Shown one piece after another: positions 52,731 to 64,000 of a stretch of DNA of 64,000 nt. A program made the position numbers and the translations under genes. Where the stretch lies: contig OZ320320.1 of the NCBI GenBank assembly GCA_976226885.1, positions 37,448,001 to 37,512,000 of the forward strand, in the 5' to 3' direction. The notes beneath the pieces were generated by a model. It saw only the letters and a program-made list of their open reading frames with translations. It searched no databases and was not told the origin of the DNA. The number at the start of each line of letters is the position of its first letter. The first letter of the stretch is position 1. The DNA comes from Iphione sp. A-MEVVRFRX5 (lineage: Eukaryota).

Positions 52731-55700
52731 TAACAACACTGTTATCAGAATCAGTTGCTTCAGCAGCTCACTAAAACGAAAAGTTAGTTTCAAAATGAAA
52801 GTTGTTCCACAATAAGAATCCTTAAGATTAACATGATCCAGTGTTGCCTAGTATGACAAACCACTGGAAGCAGTGCTGTCGGGAGTCCCTATGTTTCTAT
52901 CACACCCAGGAGACCTAGAGCAGAACTAATATGGGGCGATCGTTAAAGGCAGTCTTCCAGTTTACATTTAAGCCCAGTGTCATTTAGCGTTTTCAATATC
53001 ATGCACCCCACCAACTGGTCTATCCCCCCTACCTGGATAGCTGATACTGCAAATCAGCTCTCGTCTCTGCCGGCTTTATTTCCTAAGGGGCTTCCACATA
53101 AGTTCCGGACAATATTTATATGTACAGTGTACTACATATACAGACATAAACACACATGAATATTACTCACAGGAAGAAGCGTGGAAGATGTGCGTACATA
53201 TCTTTCAGGTATGAAATAATGCTGATACACACAGACATACACATTTATATATGACTCGACAACTGGACAACTGGTGTTCCCATCAAAATGATCCAAATTC
53301 CAGAAAAGTCTGTTGTTGAACCGAGTGCACATACATCTCTTAGTGAGGAAACCTGGCATGATATTAAAGTGTGGGTGAGTTATCAAAATGAACATATTTT
53401 TATGCAAAATCGAGCACACATGCATCTCCTGGCGGGGAAGACTGACAAAATAGGACTTTCAGAGCATCTCAATCTCCTCTGTTGGTTGAAACATCATTCC
53501 TTTGTTAACGAGATGCACTAAGTCACTCAGTCAACCCTGGTCCAAAGATGATCTCTTTGATTATGAAACACAGGGACATCCACCACAACAGGGCCGCCTC
53601 TGTTGTCTGAGTGGTTATGAAGTCATGGCAGTCAGGCTCTAATGCCTGGAGTATCAAAGAAGTCTGCCTGTGGTCAGCTTGATGCCTTCTTTGTCACACT
53701 TCACTGAAAAACATTTTTACTTACTTACAAGCGCCTTCAGCACTACCCCCCCCCCCCCTCCCCCTCTCTTTCTGGCTGGTGGTGGTGGGGGAAGGGGTCA
53801 AAGTACACACTAATTTTACAATCCTCGTTTATGCTTGACTGCACTTACAGAGGTGTAGGAATACACAGGAAAGGGGAGGGTAACAAAGGGATATCCTTAC
53901 TCAGCTCTAGAAAAGTAGTGCCACATGTGGCATATAATTTCAATGATCATCTCATTTTACACAGAATATGTTTCAGTGAGCATCATTGTTAATATAATAC
54001 CCTAATATGTACATTAATGAAAAAGTAATGTCTCTCTCTAACATCACACTGCCATGAGACCTCCTCTCCATGGCCGTACTACTTTCAGGCAACGTTTTAT
54101 ATAGGTAGTGTAATAAATTAGCTAATAACACTTTCAAATGCATTCTGGATATGGATAACGATGTCCAGTTCAATAGTATCTTTTATAGTGTAAATGCGTT
54201 GGTCCTCCTGTTCGCATATGGTCAATGTGGTAATCCAGTTGTTCAGTCTCTCCAGTTAGCGTGTCACAACTCTATATATACACATGTAAATATAAACACT
54301 ACATACACGGAAAACAAAAACATACGGTAGACATCATCAATGCTCCTTGCAGCATGTTCCTCTTCAATCTCTATCATTGCCCTCATTCACTTCCCATGCC
54401 CCCTTCAGTTACACACACAAACATCCCTTAGGCGTTGCTAACATACACTGGCGTAGTGCAGAACATGTACAAGACGACCTGCCAGATAAACACACATACA
54501 TCCACACGTAACTGCTCTCTTTAAATTGTCCGCTTGAGTTACATCTCAATCGAGCGAATGGTCTGGTGTGATATCACAGTAGGCGAGCAGTACGCACGAA
54601 ACCCTCATACGGCGCCCGAGGACAAATTAAATTCAGACAGGCGCAATAACGTCAGTCGCCTGGGCAGCGACGAGGAAGACAATGGCGAATGATAAGGTGC
54701 AGCTGGTGCCATGGAGGACGCCTTTAATCAGTCCCTTCTAGGGACCATCCGGGATTACGTGGATGGAGATAACCGTATTGCATACATACATTATGGGAGC
54801 AGAATAAAGGGCATGAGGTGAATTGGGAAAATGTTGTTTGGGTTTGCAGTCATGTGGTCTGACCATCAGATAAAACCAGGTTTTAAAACCAGGGAAGACA
54901 TAATTCCGCTTCTTTCCAATCCACCCATTGCTTCGTAGGAAATGAACCCTTTTTAGCACGACGTTTTTCTATTAATCAAACCTCTGTACGGCAGATGTCG
55001 AGTTTCTCTTTCCTTTGCGAGGTACGTTCTCTTAATAGATATTCCTGAAGTGAATGGACGAATATCCCCTTTGGTAACTGCTGTGACACTTATGGAGCCT
55101 TTGCATGGGTCTGGGGTCCAAAACCACGACTGCTTCATCTCGAGCAGGTCAACGTCCTACTGTATTGAGGCTTGTTCTATAGACTGAAGACCTAAGAGTT
55201 CTGATGCCCCAGGGTCAATGTCCCTCTACTAGACTTTATGGGGGGACGGGTATTGTTTTCATTCGGGCGGTGAATAGTTCCAGGCAAGTCCCAGGCAGCT
55301 CACTAAGACAATCAGGAATGATTAAGATAGCCTGTCCTCTGCTTGATGCATCACCGGTGTGGTGGCAGCCTCTGCGGGTAGACCGACCGGCGCTGTCTCG
55401 GAGGGCACCGCTCACCGCAGTAAAACATGATCTAGCCTGCTCAAGGGCCCCAGCTCCGCCCACACGGCATTGTACTATACGGTATCTGGACGTCTGCAAA
55501 AGGCAAACCATGCAGGCGGGGTGGCGAACATGCCTGATGTAGTCGCCTTCTCTCCTCCAGGTTGTCAGTCAGGCATTATGCTCCTGGCAGGGAGCTTCCT
55601 TGCTCTGACTACCAAACAACAGGGACGCCGCAGTATCCTTAAACCATTTATCCATATAACGAGCGTGGCTCGAGGACATGGTGGCACCGCCCGAGGACGC

Positions 55701-55829
55701 CAGACCTATTTGTTGTACTCACACCTCGCGGCGTTCTTTACCACTGTCTTAAGTCTATCCCTAATCATTATCTTCACTTAAAACTCTTTACTCTGTTTAT
55801 ACTAGGCTCCACTACCTCTGTGTCAGGAA

Positions 55830-56230
55830 GAGACCATGAAATGTTTATATCCAGACCCATCTGTAGTCTTACCAATAAATATTCACGTTGCCAGTCACGG
55901 TGTACTATCAGCAGGCCTAACACACCTAGTAGTTCAAGTACGTGTCATTTGATTCCCATGTCAGTAACATTAGTGGTTAATGGATTGCATCAATGCACAG
56001 GTACAATTAACGAAGTCACCGCTGTATCTTTTGTTATATCTAATACAACAATAGCAGTTGGATTAGTCTGTAACATGAACACCGCTGCATTGCTATATCC
56101 ATTTGCTGCCTGTAATAAGAGTTATAGTGATTCATGACTTGTGTTGTTAAATGCACACGCAACGCACCAGTCAGCATTTTATTACGTTTTTGCTGTAATA
56201 TACAGAAAGATGTCGTTGTACAGAATAGAC
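55830..56230 (-). mobile_element. Heavily decayed LINE reverse transcriptase fragment
   Basis: Collinear remnants on the minus strand: VMNH (56127-56138), CSC..LIQ, IVVLDITK (56029-56046), VPVH, MGIK*HVLELL (55927-55959; compare YGIKGxVLxWI). Confidence 0.5.
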
Positions 56231-59200
56231 CCAACAGTAAAGAGAAACTCATGGGTAATCTGGTCTCTCAAACTTAACTCATGTAGACGGTAGTATGCTG
56301 CCTACGGAAAACATGGAAGAGCGGTTGAGAGCGAGAGCGCGCGCAATGTCAAGTCCCCGGCTGAAGATATAAATACTGAAATGAAAATTAAACATGAGTC
56401 AACATTATTTCCATTTCTTTGCAATAGTAGCAAACCAAAGGTTTAAAACATTCTTTTATCTCAGTATCCATTTCCAGCAGGACACATGATTTCACTTCAG
56501 AAATGATCTCCAAGCCGAAGTGTTGTGAGCGCCATTGTAGTGGGTCTTTTCACTGGAAATACATTTAACTCGAAGGGGGATTGTCGATAACCATTCTCAA
56601 AGAGTATAATCTCTCTGCCAGAACACCCCACATTTTTTCTTTTGAACAACGTTAAATATCCTTCCCCACTGTCATTTGTGTTGCGATCTCTGGTTCAGGG
56701 AGACCTTCGCTGTTCACGTTCTTTTCAGTCCTGAACTTAACTCTCTCCGAGAGCTCAATATTGGCCAGGGGCGGCAACTGTGAATCTTCTGATCAGCTGT
56801 CAGTATAGTAGGTATGGTAGGTATGGTTGATGGACCCCGTTCAGTGCGGATTTGTAAATCACAGCTGCACTGGTAAGGAATTCAAGAAGCACGGTGGTGG
56901 TGGGGGGAGGGGGTGTGAAGCATTTCTCACGGCCAGTGATTTGGTAATCGAGCGACCCTTTTCTAAGGTCTCACCCTCTCCTCTCCAGCTCTGGCCATCC
57001 GAGATATGTTTGCTGTATTACTTTCACAGTTGCCATCCATGTAATGTGATTGGCCTGGTCCATCTTCCCAGTCGGTCTGCATGGTCACCACAGTACAGCC
57101 CGATTTATTCTCATTGAAAAGACCTACGGCAATAAGCCTGGCAACCCGGCGACATTAACGGGATAACTTTTGGAGAAGTTTGCAAATGTCCAGTGATTGA
57201 TGGAGTCCTTGGCAAAGGACAGATGGTGAGGCTTGATGGCATATTTCACAACCTTTAAAGAAAAGGCCAACTGAGAAAGCAGCGCCCCCAACCTTCCCGG
57301 CAGGCGGAGGTATTAAGAAACAAGGCAAAGGGCGCTCTTCTCCTGAAGGGCCGGAGGGGAGGACGGGCGAGTAAAGAAAACGATGGCAAGAACATCTGCC
57401 GGGAAAATGAAATGCTGACCTTGGAATGTTTCTTTTGCTGTCCATTTTTTGAACGTTAAGCGACAGGATAATGTGTTCCTCTTTACCATTGGTGTGTGGC
57501 TGTGCGTGTGTGGAGAAGCAAACGAGAGGAGTCGGGTGCTTGTTTGTTTATGGACATTTATGCACACGTACGTAGAAGTGGCCGCACATGTAATTACTCT
57601 CGGTTTAACCCGAAATGAAGTCTGACCTATGTGACTCACACTACATCCTCATTTCCAGTTTGACCTATTCATGGTCACACCTACGGGCGTCTGCGACCAT
57701 TAGTATGAATTCACCGCGGTCTATGTAGCCCATGTGCGAGTATCACGGTGTACGTGTATGTCTGTATATGTGTTCAGGTTTCTACTCGAGGACGTATGTG
57801 TGTTTGGCTCTACACTAGTCACGCGTCCCACCTAATTTGAAACGACCTGGTATCCCTGGCTCTCCATCATCATGTTGGCCTCACCTGCCAACCCCCACTG
57901 GCACGTATTACAAATTGTTATTTACAGGCACATTTCCTCAACTATACAAGCTCCGCCATAGTAAACTGACATGGCCGTCAAATAGCTCTCTATCAGGCAG
58001 GAGCAGCTTCCACGTTCGTGTGCATATTTAAACACCACAATAAGCCTTGCTGATAGACATGAACGTTTCATATAGTGTGTGCTCGCTTTGAAACTATTCA
58101 GAATCTATGAATGTATTCTATTTCTAAGGATGTATAAAACAAGCATGCATGTCATAATTAATACATAGTCAAACAGTCTTAGGTAACGGGTGCTTTCTTT
58201 TTCTATATTTATAGGCGAGGTAATCATGCCTGTTCCTTAAACTACTCAAAGCCGGCTCTGTAAAACAAGAATGGCTCTAATTTAATTACTCTTATTTTGA
58301 GCATTTAGAAAATATTACCAGACAAATACATATTCACTTGAACATCATTATATTTTCAAGCTTACATTTGAATCACATTGAACAATTTTCATAGTCACTG
58401 AATAACACACTGCACCTTGTCATTGACAGGCAGCATTAGTCCCCAAATGGAATAATTCAAGACCGTCGGCCATTTTCCATGCACAGGGTTTTCGTAATGG
58501 ACAGCTTCCATGTGGACATGTAATAACATTGCATTGTTCAGAGTCGACGTTTTCTTTTAATTCTCTTTATTTTTGTAATTTGATAAAGAGTGACTAAACA
58601 AAAGCTTGGAGTCAGGGGATTATTCTAATCGCGATACAAATTCAGGTTTTAGCGGCGCCAATACGCGTGCAACATGCAATGGGGACAGCATGTTCATGTC
58701 TGGACCAGAGTCAAACCAGTGACTTTTAGACTAGAAAGGAAGCCCAGATTTTGGCGGAATTCAAACAGTGACAGTCATTCGAATATCGCATAGGTTATCT
58801 CTATCTCATGTTTAGCCGTCATGACTCTACCTGTAGGTATCCAAGCAAAACTTAAAATATTTACATTCTGTGGCATGCACTGGGAAAGTATCAATCACTC
58901 ATACAGACTTCAAAGTTTGATTATTCGCAAAACGGTCAACAATCTGCCTTAAGTGAGAGAACGCCCCTGAAATACATTAGTACACAGTAGGACTTTATTA
59001 GACCCTTAAAATATCATCGATTCTTATACGATTATATTCTTTGTATTTTATCAGGAAAGGTCACTTACACAGCTGAACAACGGAATACCATCTTCAAGCT
59101 AAAACACACTAAAAGACCGAGCTGTTGAGAGTCCGCTGAAATCAGCCCCTTTCTTCACATCGTTCCGTGACATCCCTCGGTACCTTGAAACTGCCTCGCT

Positions 59201-62200
59201 TCGTTCTTCAGTCTTGGAGAAGGACACCCCCTAAAGAGTCATTTTCTCACACCCTCGAGCGGTGTTTAGCAGGAGAAGTCTCCGGGGTCCAATACTGACC
59301 TTCAAGAAGCACTATGCCCCCGGCCTTAGTGTTCTGTTATTCGAACTTCTTCACGCAGAGGGAGGGCACCACTAAAGCTTTCCAAATACTAAGTTCGCAG
59401 TTATAAATCAAAGTACTTATGATATACAGTCATGAAAAGAGGGTGGTGAACAAAAGCCCCCTTACCCACTCCAGGACCACATGCCTTTACGTAGCGTCGA
59501 CGGCCCGTCACTAATTTAATGAATATTCAATGAGGTATTCCAGGGAGGGTCTTTGTCACAACATGCTTATCCTAGCTCTTTCCATCCCCCTCTCGCCCAG
59601 CACCCTAACGCCTCCCCCCCTGCCTCGGTATCTGTTGACGACGAGTTGCTCGTTAAGGGATACATATTGTTCCCTGAGTTAGCAGTTGGGGGAATAAAAA
59701 TCTCATTGAAAGCGGCGAAAGGCATTATGTACTTGACCTGAGAGAAGCCCAGGGTAATCTGCTGTCTGATAGAATGTGTGGTTTAGTTTGTATATGGCCA
59801 GGGGCTCTTATCGGAATAGGCTGAAATAACGCCGACTGCCGCCCCTCTAATGTAGCTAGTGGCAAGGCAGGAAGCTGGCCCGTCTTTTTGTAAGGTGTAC
59901 GCCGAGCTAAATGCTACCGTTGTTATCCCATGTCTTTAATCATGATATCCCCAGTCGTTGGACAAAAAAGAAATCCATATTGTATCGGTGGATACCATTA
60001 GGGAGAGGGACGAATTCTTTCTCACTTGCCTTTCGATTTACGGTATGCAACAATGGAAACAATGACACAGGCGTGTAAAAGAAGCGCATTTTATGGCCGA
60101 TTTGAGTTAGTATGTTCGATTCAATTATAATGAGAGTGGACCTGCAGTGTCTCACCTCCACCATAATATGGCTGAATTCACACAGAGTGCATGAGTGTTC
60201 GTGATCAGAACACATTGAAATTCGATAATTTCGTACTTGAATTACTTTAAATGAAGCTGTAGTAAGTCAGTAACAAGTACCTACATAAGAGGATATTATA
60301 TAAAATCAGCTCATTACATAAACAATGTTTTATTAAAAGGATCACCAGATTATGTCGAAGGGTGAGATAGTCAGACAGCAGGGGTCCGAAGATTCCCCCT
60401 TTAGCAGGTAGGAGACAATAATTTTAAAATGCTGACAGACGAAGGGATTTGAAAAATTTGTTCAGGTCGGTTCGGGTTTTTGTGTATACTTCTTCCTTAT
60501 TCACTTCTCATTGGCGCACTGTGTTCTCTGTGGAGAGAGCTATTGCTCTAACCTGTTGTGTAGAACTGCGCGATTATAATATCATCCGGTTGATTTGCAT
60601 ATTGTATGATAAAAATGAATAACTGGGAAGCAAATGCTTACATATTGCCTCGACAGAACGCGCTGCTGGCACTGGCGCATTTACATCTAATTCATCTATA
60701 ATGAGTAAAACACTGGCCATTCTCCCCTCAATTTAGATATTCTAATATACTTCTTCATTAAATAGAGAAAAAGCACATATGGAGCCTAGCAGGGAGGTTT
60801 TACATTCCCTATCCAAAGTTATGGTACGTAAAATGGAATAAATGAAGAACAGACCAAAGTTATTCAGGATTGTGATTTTACTGGAAAGTGGAACACAAAC
60901 ACTTTTATCCAGGAAATAGCATACATTCGAGGCATGAAGACATAATATAGCCAGTGAGAGGAAAGGTAAACAGATTGCTCTTATATAGGCTATAAGCAAC
61001 ATGAAATTCCGGTAGACTTGAATTCCAATAGCTTAGAAGACTAACTCCGGTAATAGTCATTCACAACTGAAGTACACCTCTACTACCTCACAGCACTGCC
61101 ACGTGAATAGGATACTACAAAGGGCCAATCAGCCAGTATAGATTTACACAGTGACACTCAGATGTCAGCCGCGGCGGAACAAGTAGACCCATCCAATACA
61201 TCAGGTGCAGCTGATATGTTTGCTGAGGCAGTTAATCTCGGACAGATTAAACAGGCGCACACCATTTACCAATGTGTTGCGCCGGATCGTCAGGGCAGAT
61301 TAGGTGGCCATAATTGAGGGTGGGCGAAGTTCTGATTGGCTACCTCAGTGTGTGATTGGATGATGTATCCAAGTGGTACGCACACAACTACAAACTACTA
61401 AGGTTGTCTCTCTGCATGCGGTGTCGTGCGAGGTAAATAGACTTCACACGTGAATCAACACCTAAATGTCACAAATTTCATTGCATAAACAAGAAACCAA
61501 TTTTGCTTCACACATGAGCTTGGATATACATGTTTGTGATTTACAGTTCACAACGTATAATTCGTGGAAGAAAACATTAAGTTTATTTCACCTAAAGTTT
61601 ACGCTTGAATATACACGTGGATGATCAGCAGCTTTCCCTCATGCACCAAGCATAAAAAATGTCATGTTTTAACAGTGTGAGTTCATGCTAATGTGCCTAT
61701 GGTTTATCACTGAAATATACAGGATTCATGTTTAGCACTTTTGCTTATCTGACTTACCTAACTGGACCGCCAGTTCTGCAGAGATTCCAAGTGATATGGC
61801 AGCAGACAAGGCAGCTTAAATTTACAAAAGGAACCATGTAGTTGACATCAATATTCCATGCGCCACAGACTGACAAAATTCTGTATCCGAAAGGAAGTTG
61901 TTGAATCATAGACTGATCAGGCACTACAAACAGTGCTTCTACCAGACGGAACTCACAGCTACCCAAAGGAAAGCTTACAAAAAGCAACACCCCACAGACA
62001 GACGAGATGTCAATACCATGCTTAGAACAGTGTGCAGATCCTATGCGGCAATCAGAGGACACAACATCTGCCAATGATGTGCCTAATGGTTTACCCACTA
62101 CCTAAAAGGAAGAAAAGACAGAGGCTCCTCAAACACCTGGAAGTGCACTTGCGTGTAACCAGCATATACCAGCTGGTACCCCAAATCCTGGAAGCCTAGG

Positions 62201-62876
62201 TGGTTAGAGGATACAAGGAACTCACCCCAATCCTGCAGAAACACCCTCTGTGAACGAGTAAATGCCACAGAAGAACTCCACGTGCAACACTTCCAGAGAA
62301 AAAAGTACCTATAGGCCACGATTCGGGGGACCTACAAACCACGAACCAACCGACAAACCACCCAAACTTTCCTAGCCCTTGCCATAGATACAAGTAATCG
62401 GACCATCCGAGATGAATTACCAGGGAAAGGTTACAGTTTGATGAATGGCAAAGGAACGACCGGAAAGTAATGAAACTGTTATGAAATAGTGCGTGAAAGG
62501 CAACTTGCTGAATTTTGTGTATTGGTTAGCTATGGCGTGGAAGCGTAAATCAAAGCTATGATTGGTCATTCCATTCTCAGGGTTACAGTGCATAATATCT
62601 ACAGATGAGCCATCAAATGAGAACCAGTAAAAATAACTATATGATAACTATAGACTGAATGTGTACTTCCTTGTCGTTGCTACCCACGCATGTGTATAGC
62701 CTGCCACAGTGCAATTCGTTATATAAGTGATATATATTATATATATGAATATATGTCATAATCAGCACGATTGTGGTTATATTATGTACCATGGTAACCA
62801 GTTGCGTCATTGTATTCCATAACGACACTCCACTTGTTGATTTTGACGTGTTAAGACGTATCTGTTACAAGCTCCA

Positions 62877-63701
62877 ATGGAGAAGTACTGCAAGAAGTGT
62901 GACATGAAACATGTCTCTCCAGTTGGAAAGAACTGTAGGAGAGTGATCTCTGCTGATGATCCTGTAGTAGAGAATCCTATTCCTGTGGAGAAATCGTCAT
63001 CGGATCAAGTGGAAAAAAGGTTTCAAAGAATTGAGACGATGTTGGAAGCCTTGGCAGCGACAAGACCTAAGCCGGCCCAAGCAGAGAAGGTGGTGGATTC
63101 AAGTAGTTCATCGAGTGACTCTGAGGGCTCTTCAGACTCAGACGAGTCGAATAAGAAGAAGAAGAAGAGAGGTAAGAGGTCCAAGAAGTTGTCAATTTCG
63201 AAGTTTGTCAAGGGAGAGAAAGTGGAGACGTACGAGGATCTGGTGGTGGGCTCCATTGGTCTCCTTAAGAAGCTAATCTCAGAGGGAGATGATATACAGG
63301 GGTACATCGACCATGTGGCTTTTATTGCGGATAGGGCATCCACAAAAATTTACACTAATGCTTCACTGATTGAATATGACTATCAGATGAGGAAGAAAGC
63401 TAGAGAAGAAGGGCTCCATAGTTTTTGTTATGGAGACACCGTGTTGGTACATAGGTGTTTGAGCCTAGACGCGAGAGTGGACGTGGCAAAAGCTAAGGAG
63501 GCCAAGAAAAAATTGAAGAAAGGAAAGGGTGTTTGCTACAGATATAACAATGCAGGATGTGAAGATACCAACTGTAGGTTCAGGCATGTTTGCGAGACAT
63601 GCCTCAAGGCGGGACACAAGACAGCGGAGTGTTATGCGAGCAAAACGACAGGTGGGGACTCCAGCAGCGGTAAAGCGCGATCGGTGTCGAAGAAGGATTG
63701 A
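62877..63701 (+). CDS. Gag-like ORF1 of a DIRS/Ngaro-type tyrosine-recombinase retrotransposon (274 aa)
   Basis: N-terminal CxxCxxxHxxPxGxxC. Ser/acidic then Lys-rich linker. YIDHVAFI...LIEYDYQMRKK core. C-terminal CCCH finger (CYRYNNAGCEDTNCRFRH) followed directly by a CX2CX4HX4C knuckle (CETCLKAGHKTAEC). This arrangement is typical of DIRS-group gag proteins. Confidence 0.85.
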   Translation: MEKYCKKCDMKHVSPVGKNCRRVISADDPVVENPIPVEKSSSDQVEKRFQRIETMLEALAATRPKPAQAEKVVDSSSSSSDSEGSSDSDESNKKKKKRGKRSKKLSISKFVKGEKVETYEDLVVGSIGLLKKLISEGDDIQGYIDHVAFIADRASTKIYTNASLIEYDYQMRKKAREEGLHSFCYGDTVLVHRCLSLDARVDVAKAKEAKKKLKKGKGVCYRYNNAGCEDTNCRFRHVCETCLKAGHKTAECYASKTTGGDSSSGKARSVSKKD

Positions 63702-64000
63702 CTAGACAAGGACGTTACAAGTTCCTCTCTAGGAATAATGGAATGTGAGTGTGACATCATTGAATTTGTTCCTAGGATGATTTATTGGTCTTTTGAGGAG
63801 AAAGATGAAATGTGTGATTCAGTTGATGGTAACCAGGAGGTTACCAAGCGTGAGGTCATGAATGACGTTGAGGATGACGTAAATCATGACGTTGTTGATG
63901 TGCGTAGTACAGATGCACCGAGTCATCGGACACATGAGGCCTTGAAGGATTACATAATTCGAGGTGATCAGCATGGAAGTGGTGACATTACTGTGAGTAG
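63702..64000 (+). CDS. Open in-frame continuation after the gag stop; probable N-terminus of the element's next ORF (truncated by window edge)
   Basis: 99 sense codons (LDKDVTSSSLGIMECECDIIEFVPRMIYWSFEEKDEMCD...GDITVS) in the gag frame with no stop. First ATG at 63738. The other two + frames are closed by several stops. No catalytic motif is reached inside the window. Confidence 0.65.

Larger units (their letters stand above)
62700..64000 (+). mobile_element. DIRS/Ngaro-like retrotransposon, 5' portion
   Basis: Inferred from the gag-like ORF. The 5' boundary is a guess; terminal repeats, RT/RNase H and tyrosine recombinase would lie beyond the window. Confidence 0.7.

Noticed and set aside
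11009-57201. Pbx-Hox TGATTGAT sites (11009, 19222, 28274, 57194) suggesting a Hox cluster
   Set aside because: Four copies of an AT-rich 8-mer in 128 kb of both strands is near chance; no homeobox or miR-10 was found.
58079-58088. GTGCTCGCTT, as in the U6 snRNA 5' end
   Set aside because: Match stops after 10 nt.
1-64000. CRISPR arrays, prokaryotic operons or defence systems
   Set aside because: Sequence is eukaryotic in character; no regularly spaced repeat-spacer array and no dense coding.

Overview
Eukaryotic (metazoan, probably marine invertebrate; inferred from the transposon types and microsatellite content) genomic DNA that is almost entirely non-coding and contains one 130-N assembly gap. 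Only two long reading frames are convincingly real, and both belong to retrotransposons. The first is an apparently intact, polyadenylated non-LTR (CR1/L2-group) LINE on the minus strand (about 14732-18862; 929-aa endonuclease-reverse transcriptase ORF, no recognisable ORF1, tandem repeats at its 5' end). The second is the 5' part of a DIRS/Ngaro-like tyrosine-recombinase retrotransposon running off the right edge; its gag ORF ends in UGA-CUAG and the same frame stays open to the window end, a candidate stop-codon readthrough site. The rest is simple or cryptic repeats, several decayed LINE RT relics, a probable decayed TPR-array pseudogene (about 24.7-27.8 kb), and GC/CpG-rich islands every 2-3 kb that look regulatory, as in a large intron or gene desert. 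No host protein-coding gene, tRNA, rRNA, recognisable miRNA or CRISPR array could be supported. All alignments were made by eye; no database search was run.
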